Shown here one piece after another: positions 1-11,450 of a stretch of 64,000 nucleotides of DNA. The translations under genes were made by a program, and so were the position numbers. Numbering within the stretch: the stretch's first letter is position 1; every line of letters begins with the position of its first letter. The stretch comes from the human T2T-CHM13v2.0 reference genome, Homo sapiens. The notes under the pieces were generated by a model. It worked only from the letters and a program-made list of their open reading frames with translations. It did no database searches and was not told the origin of the DNA. The stretch lies in NCBI RefSeq assembly GCF_009914755.1, contig NC_060927.1; one strand, 5' to 3'.

Positions 1-1169
1 TTCCAAATTGTGAAACACTGATATTATCCTGCTCTTCTGGCTGAGAGGCATTTGCTGGATATTCCTAGCTTGAATGGGGACTGAATTCCTGTCCAGATAA
101 GGGGACTGACTCTTAGACTTTATCCTGGTATGAAGGTTAATGATGGAGCATCTTCGTGGGTCTTCTGACTGATAATGTGAAATGCCACTGGAAAACATTG
201 AATCAATAAAAAATGCCAACCGGCTTTGATATGCCATGTGTATATGGGGATTGAAACTCCATGACATCTCTCAGGTTTCCAAATTCCACACCTTTTTGTG
301 TAGAGAGGTTGGGAGGGAGAGTGAGTTGTTCGTTCTGAGTCTGAATCCCTTCCACAGTGGCTTCCTGCCTTTGCATCATTCTCTGTAACAAGCATCTTTC
401 AATCTCTCTTTTTTTTTTGGTGGGGGAAGCATGGGAGTATCTATTTGTCTTGAAATCACTCACTTGTCCTTCCCCTACTCCTGGAAGAAGCACTCTCTAC
501 CCTCTAATCAGTTACTATCAAACTAGTAGATGGGTTGTCTCTATTCAGAATGTCACTCCCTGCCAAAGCGAATCACCTCATCTTCTAAGGGGGCCCCCAT
601 CTCCAGGTAGCCTGTCACTAATGAAGAGTGATAGTTGGAGTGGATATCATCACTCCGAAAGCAACCACTCCAAAAGTGATATTTTCTTTTTTCATATATC
701 CAACCCTTACAGATAAAAGTCTTCAAAAATACCAGAGATAATGAATATTTATTATAATTAATTTCCCACTGGCAAAATTTTCTCCCAGAAAGATGCATAC
801 CATATGCCAAGGAGTTCATGGGACTGTTTGAAACATTAGAAACTTTATTCAAGACAGCTAGGTGTATGACAAAATTGTATATAGTTGATCATATACCTAC
901 CCCCTCTTGTGTCTTTCACCTGCCTCTGGTGCACAGACATACCCCAACCTCTGCCATAGTCTCATCTTTATACCTGTATCTCAATCGGATCATTAAATAT
1001 TTTTGTTTAATTATCTAAGATTGGGTGCTAATGTTGTTTATTCTTTCTAGGTTTGTAGTTTCTTTTCCTTTTTCTCATTTTCCTTTTCAGGACTATATGT
1101 CTATATTCTTCACCCAAAGCTCTTGTCTTTATAGCATCATAGTTCTCATCTAGAGTAACCAAAGGCTTA

Positions 1170-1534
1170 GGTACTAGTCCGTTCTCATACTGCTATGAAG
1201 AAATACCCAAGATTGGGTAATTCATAAAGGAAAGAGGTTTAATGGACTCACAGTTCCACATGGCTGGGGAGACCTCACAATCATGGGAGGAGGCCAAGGA
1301 GGAGCAAAGGCACATCTTATATGGCAGCAGGGAAGAGAGAGCGTGTTCGGGGGAGCTGCCTTTTATAAAACCATCAGATTTCATGAAACTTATTCCCTAT
1401 CATGACAGCAACCTGAGAAAAACCCACTCCCGTGATTCAATTACCTCTCACCAAGCCCCTCCCATGACAGGTGGGGATTATGGGAGCTACAATTCAAGAT
1501 GAGATTTGGGTGAGGACACAGCCAAACCATATGG
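1170..1534 (-). mobile_element. THE1-type MaLR solo LTR
   Basis: Matches the reverse complement of the THE1 consensus (..gagatttgggtgaggacacagccaaaccatat); 5-bp TSD GCTTA at 1165-1169 and 1535-1539. Confidence 0.9.
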
Positions 1535-2311
1535 GCTTACTACTCTTGGGAAGAAAATCTGATGGTAACAATGGAAAATACAGCATCCTACTAATACTGG
1601 AACATCAAAAAGGCCAGACTCTGTAACCATTATACCTCTATTAAAAGTGGAATTTCTACAAAATTCCTCCTAGGAACCCTTGGTATGGGGATAATAATAG
1701 TTTTGAGATCCTTGGAACATGCACTAAATTTGATTTTCTAGTTCCAAAGGATAATATTCTCAGGCTTGCTTGAGAAACATATATTACAACTGATAACAAA
1801 GAAAAATGATTATGCTAAGTCATTTAATGCCTATTACATGACCAGGATAAATTAAATAATCTGGATTTAAGACTCATGAGAAAGTCATTAATTCTACCTG
1901 AGGAACCTCCAAAAAATGGAGCCAAGGCCTGCCATGGATATAGGAAGCCCCTGGCAATCTCCCCAACTCACTCTTGCCCATTTCCATCTGCTCTGGTACA
2001 TCTTCTTTCCATGAAAAAGAAATTAACCCATCAACCTGTTGGGTGACCTCAGTGGGAGTGAGAACTAAAATTTCACATTAGCTTTAACATGTTGGCCCAG
2101 AGATACAAATAATTTAACAATTTTGAATTACTAGGAAGGAAATGGAATCGGGAGATGGAGAGGGAAGATTGTAGAATAGCATTTCTTGTCTTCCTCAAAC
2201 CTCTCTTCTATTCAAGAAGGAAAAGAAAGAAAAAACAATTCATCAATGGACCCGTCTACTGGGACTGTTCCTTCTGATATTCTCTATCAGCTTTCCAAAA
2301 ACTCTTTTTTT

Positions 2312-2590
2312 GTCTGGGCACAGTGGCTCACACCTGTAATCCCAGCACTTTGGGAGGCCAAGGCGGGTGGATCACATGAGGTCAGGGGTTCAAGACCAGC
2401 ATGGCCAAAATGGCGAAACCCCATCTCTACAAAAATTAGCCGGGCATGATGGCGTGCGCCTGTAATGCCAGCAACTCAGGAGGCTGAGGCGGGAGAATCA
2501 TTTGAACCCAGGTGAGCTGAGATTGCGCCACTGGATTCTAGCCTGGGCGACAGAGCTGAGACTCCATCTCAGGAAAAAAAAAAAAAAAAA
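2312..2590 (+). mobile_element. AluS
   Basis: Alu dimer with small deletions and an A tail. Confidence 0.95.
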
Positions 2591-2666
2591 AGTCCTTTTC
2601 TTTATGGAAAATCAGAAGTTGGTAGTAACAAAACTGCCCACATTTGAAGGGTTTTGTCTTTGCTAC

Positions 2667-3070
2667 TTTCATGGACTGAATTGTGTTGCCTCCCCCCAAA
2701 TTCATATGTTAAAGCCCTAACCCTCAGTACCTCATATTGTGACTGTAGTTGGAGATAAGGCTTTTACTGAGGTAATTAATTAAAAATAAGGTTGTTGGGA
2801 TGGGCACTAATCCAATCTGGACTGGTACCTTTCTAAGAAAAGGAGATTAGAACACAGACACCAGAGATACGTATGTGCACAGAAGGATGACCATGTGAGG
2901 AGGTAGCAAGAGAGTGGCCGGAAAAGAGCCAAAAAGGAGACTTCAGAGGAATTCAAACTGCCAACACCTTCTTGGACTTCCAATCTCTAGAACTGTAAGA
3001 AATAAATTTCCATTACTTAAACCACCCAGGCAGTAGCATTTCGTTACGGCAGCCCTAGAAAACTAATACA
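2667..3070 (+). mobile_element. MLT1 (B/C-like) MaLR solo LTR
   Basis: atggactgaattgtg..cccaaattcatatgtt..gcagccctagaaaactaataca; TSD GCTAC at 2662-2666 and 3071-3075. Confidence 0.85.
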
Positions 3071-4486
3071 GCTACCCAACAATCATGCATAAGAAGTAAT
3101 TTCTGCTATTCTTATTCATCCATTGTGGCATCCCTCATGTTCTCCTTTTAACCTCTTACACCTTCCAAGCTAGGACTCAGAATTCTGTTTACTCTCTCCT
3201 ATTCCCCTACCCACTCATGGCATTTAATTCCCATACACCTTCCTCCATATCCCTTTGCTGTATCAAGTCTCTGATTTTTTCCTCAAGGACCCAGGAATTT
3301 CAAGGAATACTTTAAATCCTTCAAAGCTAAGCCTTTCCCTGGTGAATCCAACTGTTGGTTTTACATGTACTGGACCGAAACACATGTACTTAGTTTTGAT
3401 CCTGAGAAAGTCACACTGCTGAGGGCTCAATTACAGGTTGCAGCAGAAAAAGCATCATAAATCCTAGAACAGCCTTTACCTCAAATCTACGCTAGATTAT
3501 CAAGTTTATCTTCTGTGATTACCAGAACCATGGGAACAGATTGAATCCCTGTGGAACTAATACTAATGTCCACAGAGCTACCTGCAGAGAAAATCTGGCC
3601 TTGTTCAATTCTACAGTGAATCTCCAGAAACGCTTTTTTTTTTCTTTTAGTTTAGTGAAGCATGGAAGACTTAGGAAATGACAGACTGTGTTTTGATAGT
3701 GAGCCAATTGGGCAAGGTCCCTTGATAGTTCTGTGCTCTGTAAGCGAGCTAGCACATTGCTGATGCTCAATAAATGTCACATATTGTCAACTATCAATTA
3801 TTCAGAGTGTAATGAGAAAAATGCCTTGGCATGCATTACCGCAAAGCTTAATCACGAAGCTGTGTGACTCTAATACCATATCATATAACAGATTGGTGTT
3901 TTACTTAAATTGCTAGACTGTATACATTTGTATTAATGACACATCTTTAAATGACTCCAACTTGTTTATAGTGACAACCAACAGAAATCACTGAAATTAT
4001 TGAACATCAGTAACAGGAAGTTTTTAAAGTAGGCCTAAAGAGTATTCATAAATGTACTGTGATGGCCCCAAATGATGCCTTGCTGATGCATAGTGTCCAT
4101 TCAAGTCCCCTGACCTTTCCTCAGGCTCTGTTTTCCTGGATTTTTCTTCCTCCCCCAACTCAATTTGTCCTCATGGGAAAATCCAACTCACCTCACTGGG
4201 AAACATTCCCTGAAACTATTTTCTCCCACACAAGGAACAATTTTGATGTCTGTTTGTAATGCTAGTACTTGGAACAGTGCACATGGAATATGTTCAAATA
4301 CATGGATTTTGAAACGTACTTAGAGCCTAGAAAGTGTCTGATAAATAGTTGTTGAATGAATGAATAACAACTGAAGGATAAAACTAAATTCTCAATTTTC
4401 TGTCTTTTAACGTTGCTCTTTGGTGCATATACAAATTAGGAAATAAATGGAAAAGAGTGAAAAGAAAGAGATCTTGGACAACATGA

Positions 4487-4600
4487 GCTTAATTGTCATC
4501 TTCAGATCCAAGGTCATATTGGATCATCTGAAGATCCAAGATTGGTCATTTTAAGATCCAAGATCCAATATGACCTTTGATCTTAAGATGAAAATTAAGC
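4487..4600. repeat. Inverted repeat, 39-bp arms with 36-bp spacer
   Basis: 4487-4525 matches the reverse complement of 4562-4600 at 36/39 positions. Confidence 0.9.
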
Positions 4601-4750
4601 CCCATATAATGGGGAGCTCTCCTCTTCCTCAATGCAGGTAGGATCAGTCAGTCTTTGAAAGATCCTGAGCTACCTACAACTACTTATTCAAGTCCTTAAG
4701 CTACATTTCCAAACATTAAGCCTAAGTTATCTCAGGCTGTAGCAAATTTT

Positions 4751-4787
4751 TCTTTTTCAGACGGAGTCTCACTCTGTCGCCCGGGCT
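4751..4787 (-). mobile_element. Extremely 5'-truncated Alu (3' end only)
   Basis: T-tract + cagacggagtctcactctgtcgcccgggct, flanked by 17-bp TSD aggctgtagcaaatttt (4734-4750, 4788-4804). Confidence 0.85.
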
Positions 4788-5799
4788 AGGCTGTAGCAAA
4801 TTTTAAAGCCTGCAGTAACCACATTAAAATGAATACAAGGGCAGAATACATTTCTCTAACCTTTTAGCTAATTTCTCCAAGTTAATCTGGCTCCTACTGT
4901 TAATATATGGTGAATATATGCCCTCATGTCCTGATGACAGCAGCATTAAAGCCTCAGTAGATACGAGAAGAAGTATAGTGCACTTGAGTTGAGTGGAAAG
5001 ATTAAATAGGGAATATACTTCATCTGTGTCCTCAGCAAGGCCTGATTTTATTCTTAAATTGAGAAAAAAATGAAAACAAATGTTTCAGCTTCCAAGACAG
5101 AACCATATTCTACACAATAATTGAAAAGGAGTTTTTAATTACACTAACTAGGTCCGAATCTTGTTATCTTGTGCCTTGCTAAAGAGCTACTTTCTGCGGG
5201 TAGCTCAAGACTTTACAGAAACCATCATTCATTCTTAGGATGTGGTTGCTAGGTCATTCTCTGCTTAAATACCAGGATATTCTCTCAGTCCTAGGAAAGA
5301 AATGGCCCCGCTAAGAGGTTTGACCTGATAATGATGACACATTATACTAACAATACAAATTATAGTAAACCTGTCAAATCAGTTAAAAATGATTCCCTTA
5401 ACAGGTACTATAGTAAAATTTTGTTCTCATGTAGCAATTATTTGAGAGTCTCAAATAACTTCATATAAATAAGTGCTATCACCTGCTCACTTCCAATAAG
5501 TTGACTGTAGTTGAAAGTTCATTTCAATGTTTAGTTAAGAGTTAATATCTTCTCCTCCCCCAACACGTTGGCTGGCTCTCCACCTTTTACTGATGCCAGT
5601 GATGACATTGAATCATACCAAGCTGTACTATGCCCTCATTCCTTCTTATCAGAATTTTGTAAATGAGCATTACATTTTCCAAAGCTTTGTGGTTTGTAGA
5701 GTTGGATTGCCTTGCTGGCATGACTCAGAACAGAAACTAAGTTCGGCTTGCTTCTTGATAGTGTAAAGGTTTTTTTGTTTGGGTGTTTTTTTTAGTTTT

Positions 5800-6112
5800 T
5801 CTTTTTCTTTTTCTTTTTTTTTTTTTTTTGGAGACGGAGTCTTGCTCTGTCACCCAGGCTGTAGTGCAGTGGCGCAATCTCGGCTCACTGCAACCTCCGC
5901 CTCCCTAGTTCAAGCAATTCTCCTGTCTCAGCCTCCTGAGTAGCTGGGACTACAGGTGCGTGCAACCATGCCCAGCTAATTTTTGTATTTTTAGTAGAAA
6001 CAGGGTTTCACCATGTTGGCCAGGCTGGTCTCATACTCCTGACTTCAAGTGATCCACCTGCCTCAGCCTCCCAAAGTGCTAGGATTATAGGCATAAGCCA
6101 CCGTGCCCGGCC
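5800..6112 (-). mobile_element. AluS
   Basis: Full antisense Alu with T tail. Confidence 0.95.
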
Positions 6113-7392
6113 AAAAGGTTTTTGGTTTTTTTTTAACCTTTCTTTTTTCTTCTTTAAAATTTTTTAAATGATAGCAGATCTGATTTCACATGTTTGTCTT
6201 CTAACATTTATTTTTTGTTGATACGTAATATGGGAGCTTACCAAGGTCTGTCATATCATATTAAAGTAATGATTTCTAAGTATAAAGCATCAGAGTTGTA
6301 AACAGACTCCGTTGACAAGCTTCATTAATTCTTCCCACTTGATCTTTCTATTTTTCAAAGATATTCCAATTTGATTTCAAAGAGCATTTCTATATCTTTA
6401 TAATTAAGATTGGCAATTTTCATGGATTTCAGCTTTTTTCTTTCATAGATCATAAGAAGAGACAAGTTCTGGGGAAAACTATTGAAAACCCAAGCATCAA
6501 CATCAAAACAAAACTACAACATTCTATTTGTTTTCTGTAGCCAGTTAGAAAAGACTGTAAACTGATAGGCCAGTGCAGGAAAATACTGACTCCAATTAAT
6601 TCAATTTAATTTGAATCAGTTAATTCAATTAAGTTCAGTAATGTTTACTGAGAACTATTATATGACCAGCACTGTGCTAGGCACTGAAGGCACACAAACA
6701 GGAGTAAAAGGTAGTACCAGCCTTCAGGAAGCACATAATCTACCCGGAAATACTGAAATGTACCTACATAACCATCATGTGGGAAAACATGGCCTAACGA
6801 TTAAAGGTATGCAGATGTAAGAAAAAGCAGCCAAATCTGAATTGGGGGATCTGAGAAGGCTTCATTCACCAGGAAGGATAACAGTTTCTGGCCCATGAAG
6901 GATCTTGTATTATATCTTCACCTTCCCGATAAAACTGAGTTGCCCAGGCCACATTCACCTCTGGGCCCAGTTGGGGCCACACTTACCTAATTTGTCTCAT
7001 TTTACTGGCTCATGCTCTTGTGTGTGAACCACATCTCTACTTCTGCTGTAAAGCTTTACCCTGTTATTTCTGAACACACCTTGGACAAATTATGAAACTT
7101 GATAATACTGTCTCCATAGAATTGCTGTATTAAATGAGAAAATGTATGTAAAAATTTATGGAATAGCTGTTATTATTTTATACTTGCATTATCTAACCCA
7201 TCCAAAATAATTGACTGATGACCCATTGAGAGAAGTAAGGTAAAAGAGATAGGAAGCAAAGCCCCTCTCCCATTCCTCCTCCAGACAAACTTCACTTTAG
7301 GCCTATAAGTTTAAGAATGATAAAAGTAGAGAAAAGAAAGATAAATTTCTCTTTTGGTGCCATGATCTCGTAGTTTGAAAAACAAAAGTATT

Positions 7393-7683
7393 TGTTCTCA
7401 CTCATAAGTGGAAGTTGAACAATGAAAACACATGGACATAGGGAGGGGAATACACACACCAGGGCCTGTCAGCGGGTCGGGGGGAAAAGGAAGGGAGAGC
7501 ATTAGGACAATTACCTAATAATGCATGCTGGGCTTAAAACCTAGATGATGGGTTGATGGGTACAGCAAACCACCATGGCACATGTATACCTATGTAACAA
7601 ACCTGCATGTTCTGCACATGTGTCCCAGAACTTAAAGCAAAATTAAAAAAAAAAAAAAAAAGAAAAGAAAAAAGAAAAAAAAA
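7393..7683 (+). mobile_element. L1PA 3' end fragment
   Basis: tgttctcactcataagtgg..aacttaaag + A tail; flanking aaaagtattt duplication. Confidence 0.9.
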
Positions 7684-8132
7684 GTATTTTCCTATTATTT
7701 TCTTGATATTATTCTAGTTTATCACACAACTAAAAATTTATACCTCTTTACAAAGTAAAAAATAATGGAGACTTACAGAATTGTGGCAACAGCTATTGCA
7801 TCTCCCAAAACCTTGTATAGGTGGACACATGGCTTAAGCTTCCAAGATTTTGCAGTGTGTGTTTCTAGTTAGCTGTCTTCTAAAACCTTTCATTTATCAT
7901 TAAATGGAGGCATAACTCCCAGGTAGGTTTCTAAACACCCTTTACAATTTAAAGATAGTCATCAACAAAGTTGTTTTCTACCACTTTTATAGATCCATAC
8001 CAATTCATTACAGATTGCATAATCTTAATGAAACTGGCACACAGGCATAATTTGTCATTAAGAATAAATTGTATGATGATGAACTCAGTCGATTAATCAA
8101 GGCACTGAAAAGGGCAATTGCTTGAAAAATGA

Positions 8133-8515
<383 letters not shown>

Positions 8516-8559
8516 AATAATTATTATTTTTAATAGTTATTATTATGACTGCTGGTAGT

Positions 8560-8850
8560 AATCCACGGTATAGATATATCACGCTTTAACATTCAGTTGT
8601 TGAATGACATCTGGCTTGTTTTTAGTCTTTGCCTGTTGCTAATAAAGCTGTTATGAACATTCTTCTACAGATTATTTCTTAACGTTAAGTTTTTATTTCT
8701 CTGAAACAAAGGCCCAGTAGTGTAATTGCTGGGTTGGACAGTAATTGCAAGCTTGAATTTTTAAGAAACCACCAAACTGTTTTACAAAGTGACTGGAAAA
8801 TTTTACATTTCCACCAGCAATACGTGAGTGATCCAGTTTTTCTACCTTTT
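8560..8850 (-). mobile_element. Old L1M fragment
   Basis: aataaagctgttatgaacatt..aattgctgggt..ttttacatttccaccagcaat typical of antisense L1M ORF2 3' region. Confidence 0.7.
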
Positions 8851-8884
8851 TTTAACATTACGTTAATCTATGTAGATGGTAAAA

Positions 8885-8980
8885 TTAGTAAATAAATAAA
8901 TTACCCACATAAGAACAGCCTGTAAAAAGCCAGTTCAAAAAGTCCAAAGGGTAAAAAGGCAAGAGGTGTATAAAAAAGCC
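8885..8980 (+). promoter_or_regulatory. Core promoter of C3orf85: TATA box, DR1/HNF4-like element, FOX-like site
   Basis: TATAAAA at 8969-8975; AGTCCA-A-AGGGTA at 8941-8953 preceded by AGTTCA; GTAAATA at 8888-8894. Confidence 0.65.
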
Positions 8981-8999
8981 ACCTCAGCCTCTCTCTGTG

Positions 9000-9021
9000 T
9001 CTCAGCTCACAGGGCTTCCAG
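9000..9021 (+). other. C3orf85: Short non-coding exon 1 of C3orf85 (start approximate)
   Basis: Begins about 30 nt after the TATA box; donor CAG|GTATGC at 9022; 102-nt intron to the polypyrimidine/TAG acceptor at 9123. Confidence 0.6.
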
Positions 9022-9127
9022 GTATGCAACAAATGCTTTATACTTCTGAAAAGTACCTGATATACCCTAAGGCTTTTTCCAGCTAAATTAAAGTAAATAA
9101 ATCTTTTTTTTTTCCCAAAATAGGATC

Positions 9128-9176
9128 ATGGCCTATAAAATGCTTCAAGTAGTCCTGTGCTCAACATTGCTTATCG
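9128..9176 (+). CDS. C3orf85: C3orf85 coding exon 1: signal peptide MAYKMLQVVLCSTLLI(G)
   Basis: Acceptor ..tag|G at 9124; strong Kozak atcATGg; donor G|GTAAGA at 9177 (phase 1). Confidence 0.9.
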
Positions 9177-9350
9177 GTAAGAGCCTATTTCTTTTTTATT
9201 TATCATGTCTCCTACAGCCATCAGGTTGATAATTCCTTTTGTCTTCTTAAAGAAATGAACAAACACGTTTTTATCCATAGGCCTATTCTATAGCACTGGG
9301 GAAACCAAACTATTGTAGAAGGCTGTGGTTTTGAACATGTTAATGTTAAC

Positions 9351-9376
9351 TGTGTGTGTGTGTGTGTGTGTGTGTG
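9351..9376. repeat. (TG)n microsatellite
   Basis: Direct reading. Confidence 0.95.
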
Positions 9377-9892
9377 ATCATTTTATTTCTAATTATATAT
9401 TAACATGATACTGTTGCTAAGAAGCCTAATTGCTGCTGCCTCCAAATAAGTGCTGTTGTGTCCTTGAACAAAGAAAATTTTAAAATATCTTTCAGAAGTA
9501 TAATACTTAACATAGTACCATTATATGAAGACCTCAAAGTACTTTGGGAACATGAATTTATTAACCTTTAGGGCAAGCTGTAGCTCAAAGTGGTGCTTTA
9601 AAGGCAGATCAAGGAAGGCACCAGAGGCCAGGCGATTTGCTGCCAAAATGACCCGGTAACTCAGTGGCTTCTATCAAAATTGAACTGAGAGGTCATTTGT
9701 TTTGCTTGTAACAAAAACTGAAAACACTTACAAAGATATAAATTATCTTCATGGTTAAATCTCTATAATTTATAAATATTTCTGATGCAGATGCTTAAAT
9801 TAGAATAAACTTTTGCTTCTATGAAAATCTTGAGACTCATGCACAAAAATTATATTTTTCCTGAAGCCCTTCCCACACACAGCTAGATAGAT

Positions 9893-9899
9893 GTATATA

Positions 9900-9948
<49 letters not shown>
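9893..9948. repeat. (TG)n(TA)n compound microsatellite
   Basis: Direct reading. Confidence 0.95.
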
Positions 9949-9954
<6 letters not shown>

Positions 9955-11259
9955 AGCCTTCAATTCCTAAACATAGAAATAATTTTAATAATGAGTTTTA
10001 ATCATAAATATTGCAATTTGCTGTTGGGTCATGTTTAAATATGTGATTGAAACATTTTTAGCCAAGTTATTATTAAGCAGTTATAACCAAAGCATATACA
10101 ATCATACACAATTACAGCCCACATTGCCAGATGAAGAAAGTGAGGCTGGCTCAGTTTAAGTGAGTGTCTCAGAGCACATTGTAATTTAAAGACATTAGCT
10201 GGTTATAACTCACCAGTGTAATGCTTTGCTTTGACCACTGATCCGTGCAGTTGACTTTAGAGGGGGTAACGGTGGTGGATGCCTGCAAGGCTAAAGCAAT
10301 GCTGGCTGGTCCACATTCACCTATGAATGCTTCAGGGTCAAAAATATTTGACAAAGGAAATGGTTCTGCAAAATTTTTAAAGAGGCTTCAAAGACTTTCT
10401 TAAGAAACAAGTTTGAATTTACTTCAACTCCAACTGAGATACAAATATGTCTACCTATAAAGACAACTGGTTTGATTGACTTGACTCTAAAAAAAAATAA
10501 TAAAGTTATCTAGTTGAAGTTTATGAAATAGCAAGTTGAGAACTAGAAACTAAGGACAGAGGTGTATGCACACTGCTGGATTAGCCCTTCAGATCTCAGG
10601 AAAGAAGGCTTCACTGCTTGCAGATTGAGGAGACTGATGCCTTCAGAACTGGATTCATTCATTACAATAACTGGTTTAGCTGACAGTTTCTACATCATGT
10701 AGCTCTAGAGAAGAAAGTAGTAGCTTGAATGAACTTTCTTTGCTTCTTTTCCTCCACATTTTCTTTTAAGAATACAGCCTATTCATCTGTACTTCTCTGA
10801 AGCCCTTCTGCTTATTATAAGAAAACCACTATTTTTTTTTAAAGTTTATTTTCATGTTTTTTAAGTTTTCTCTATTATAGCTTAGTCGTCCAACAAATTA
10901 CTTTTCTTTAGAATTTGATTTAAGGGAGGTAGGGAGAAGGTCTCATTTATCTATTTTCCTGATGGGAATGCTGAGGCCAAAAACAATGAAAGGCCTTATC
11001 CAAGTAATTAAATTTATGGGCAGAGTTGACAAGTTATTGATTATTTTCAAAACAGTAACTTATACACATTGGAGCTGATTCTCTAGTCAGAGAATTAGAA
11101 GTTCAAGTGTTGTGATTTGATTTAAAAAATAAGCATATAAACCTGTCTTGAACATTTAGGTCAAGAATTGCCTTCTTTCAGAAATGAAGGAGAGATAAAG
11201 AAAAAAAATTTTAATTGCCTTCTTCTATAATGAAATCAGCAAATATTAATGCTACTAAT

Positions 11260-11450
11260 TTAAATTCCTTTTATGTGTCAGGGACTTTGCATAGGCTATC
11301 TTAGTCAGTTCTCATGACCACTCTGAAAATACTAATAGATGCTATGCTCCTCATTTTACAGAAAGAGGGAACTGAGGGCTTAGGGAATTCAAGTGACCAA
11401 GCTACACAGTCAATCAATGGTAGAAGCTGCATTCATGTCCTAATCCTACA
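11260..11450 (-). mobile_element. MIR
   Basis: ctcattttacagaaagagggaactgaggg..ccaagctacacag core. Confidence 0.7.

Larger units (their letters stand above)
1..3540 (+). pseudogene. Degraded endogenous viral element resembling a Mononegavirales L (RdRp-PRNTase) gene; runs off the window's 5' edge, 3' end uncertain; interrupted by THE1, Alu and MLT1
   Basis: Manual translation gives ordered motif remnants: KL*(5-13), EFLSR*GD (*GD 98-106), GLKLH..VSKF (248-283), GG (589-594), PVT (611-619), ISNPY (696-710), YPNLCHSL (940-963), YSWEENLMVTM (1541-1573), LGTCT (1711-1725), CHGY (H at 1933), FHISF (2071-2085). Order and spacing are close to those I recall for VSV/bornavirus L. No database search was run. 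Confidence 0.6.

Noticed and set aside
203-852. Minus-strand ORFs 203-493 and 553-852 as genes
   Set aside because: No recognisable protein; they are antisense to the + strand L-like fossil.
960-1020. LNRIIKYF as a retroviral env C-terminus (ERV internal sequence)
   Set aside because: No flanking cognate LTR/PPT or env motifs (CX6CC, ISD). The colinear L-type motifs explain the region better.
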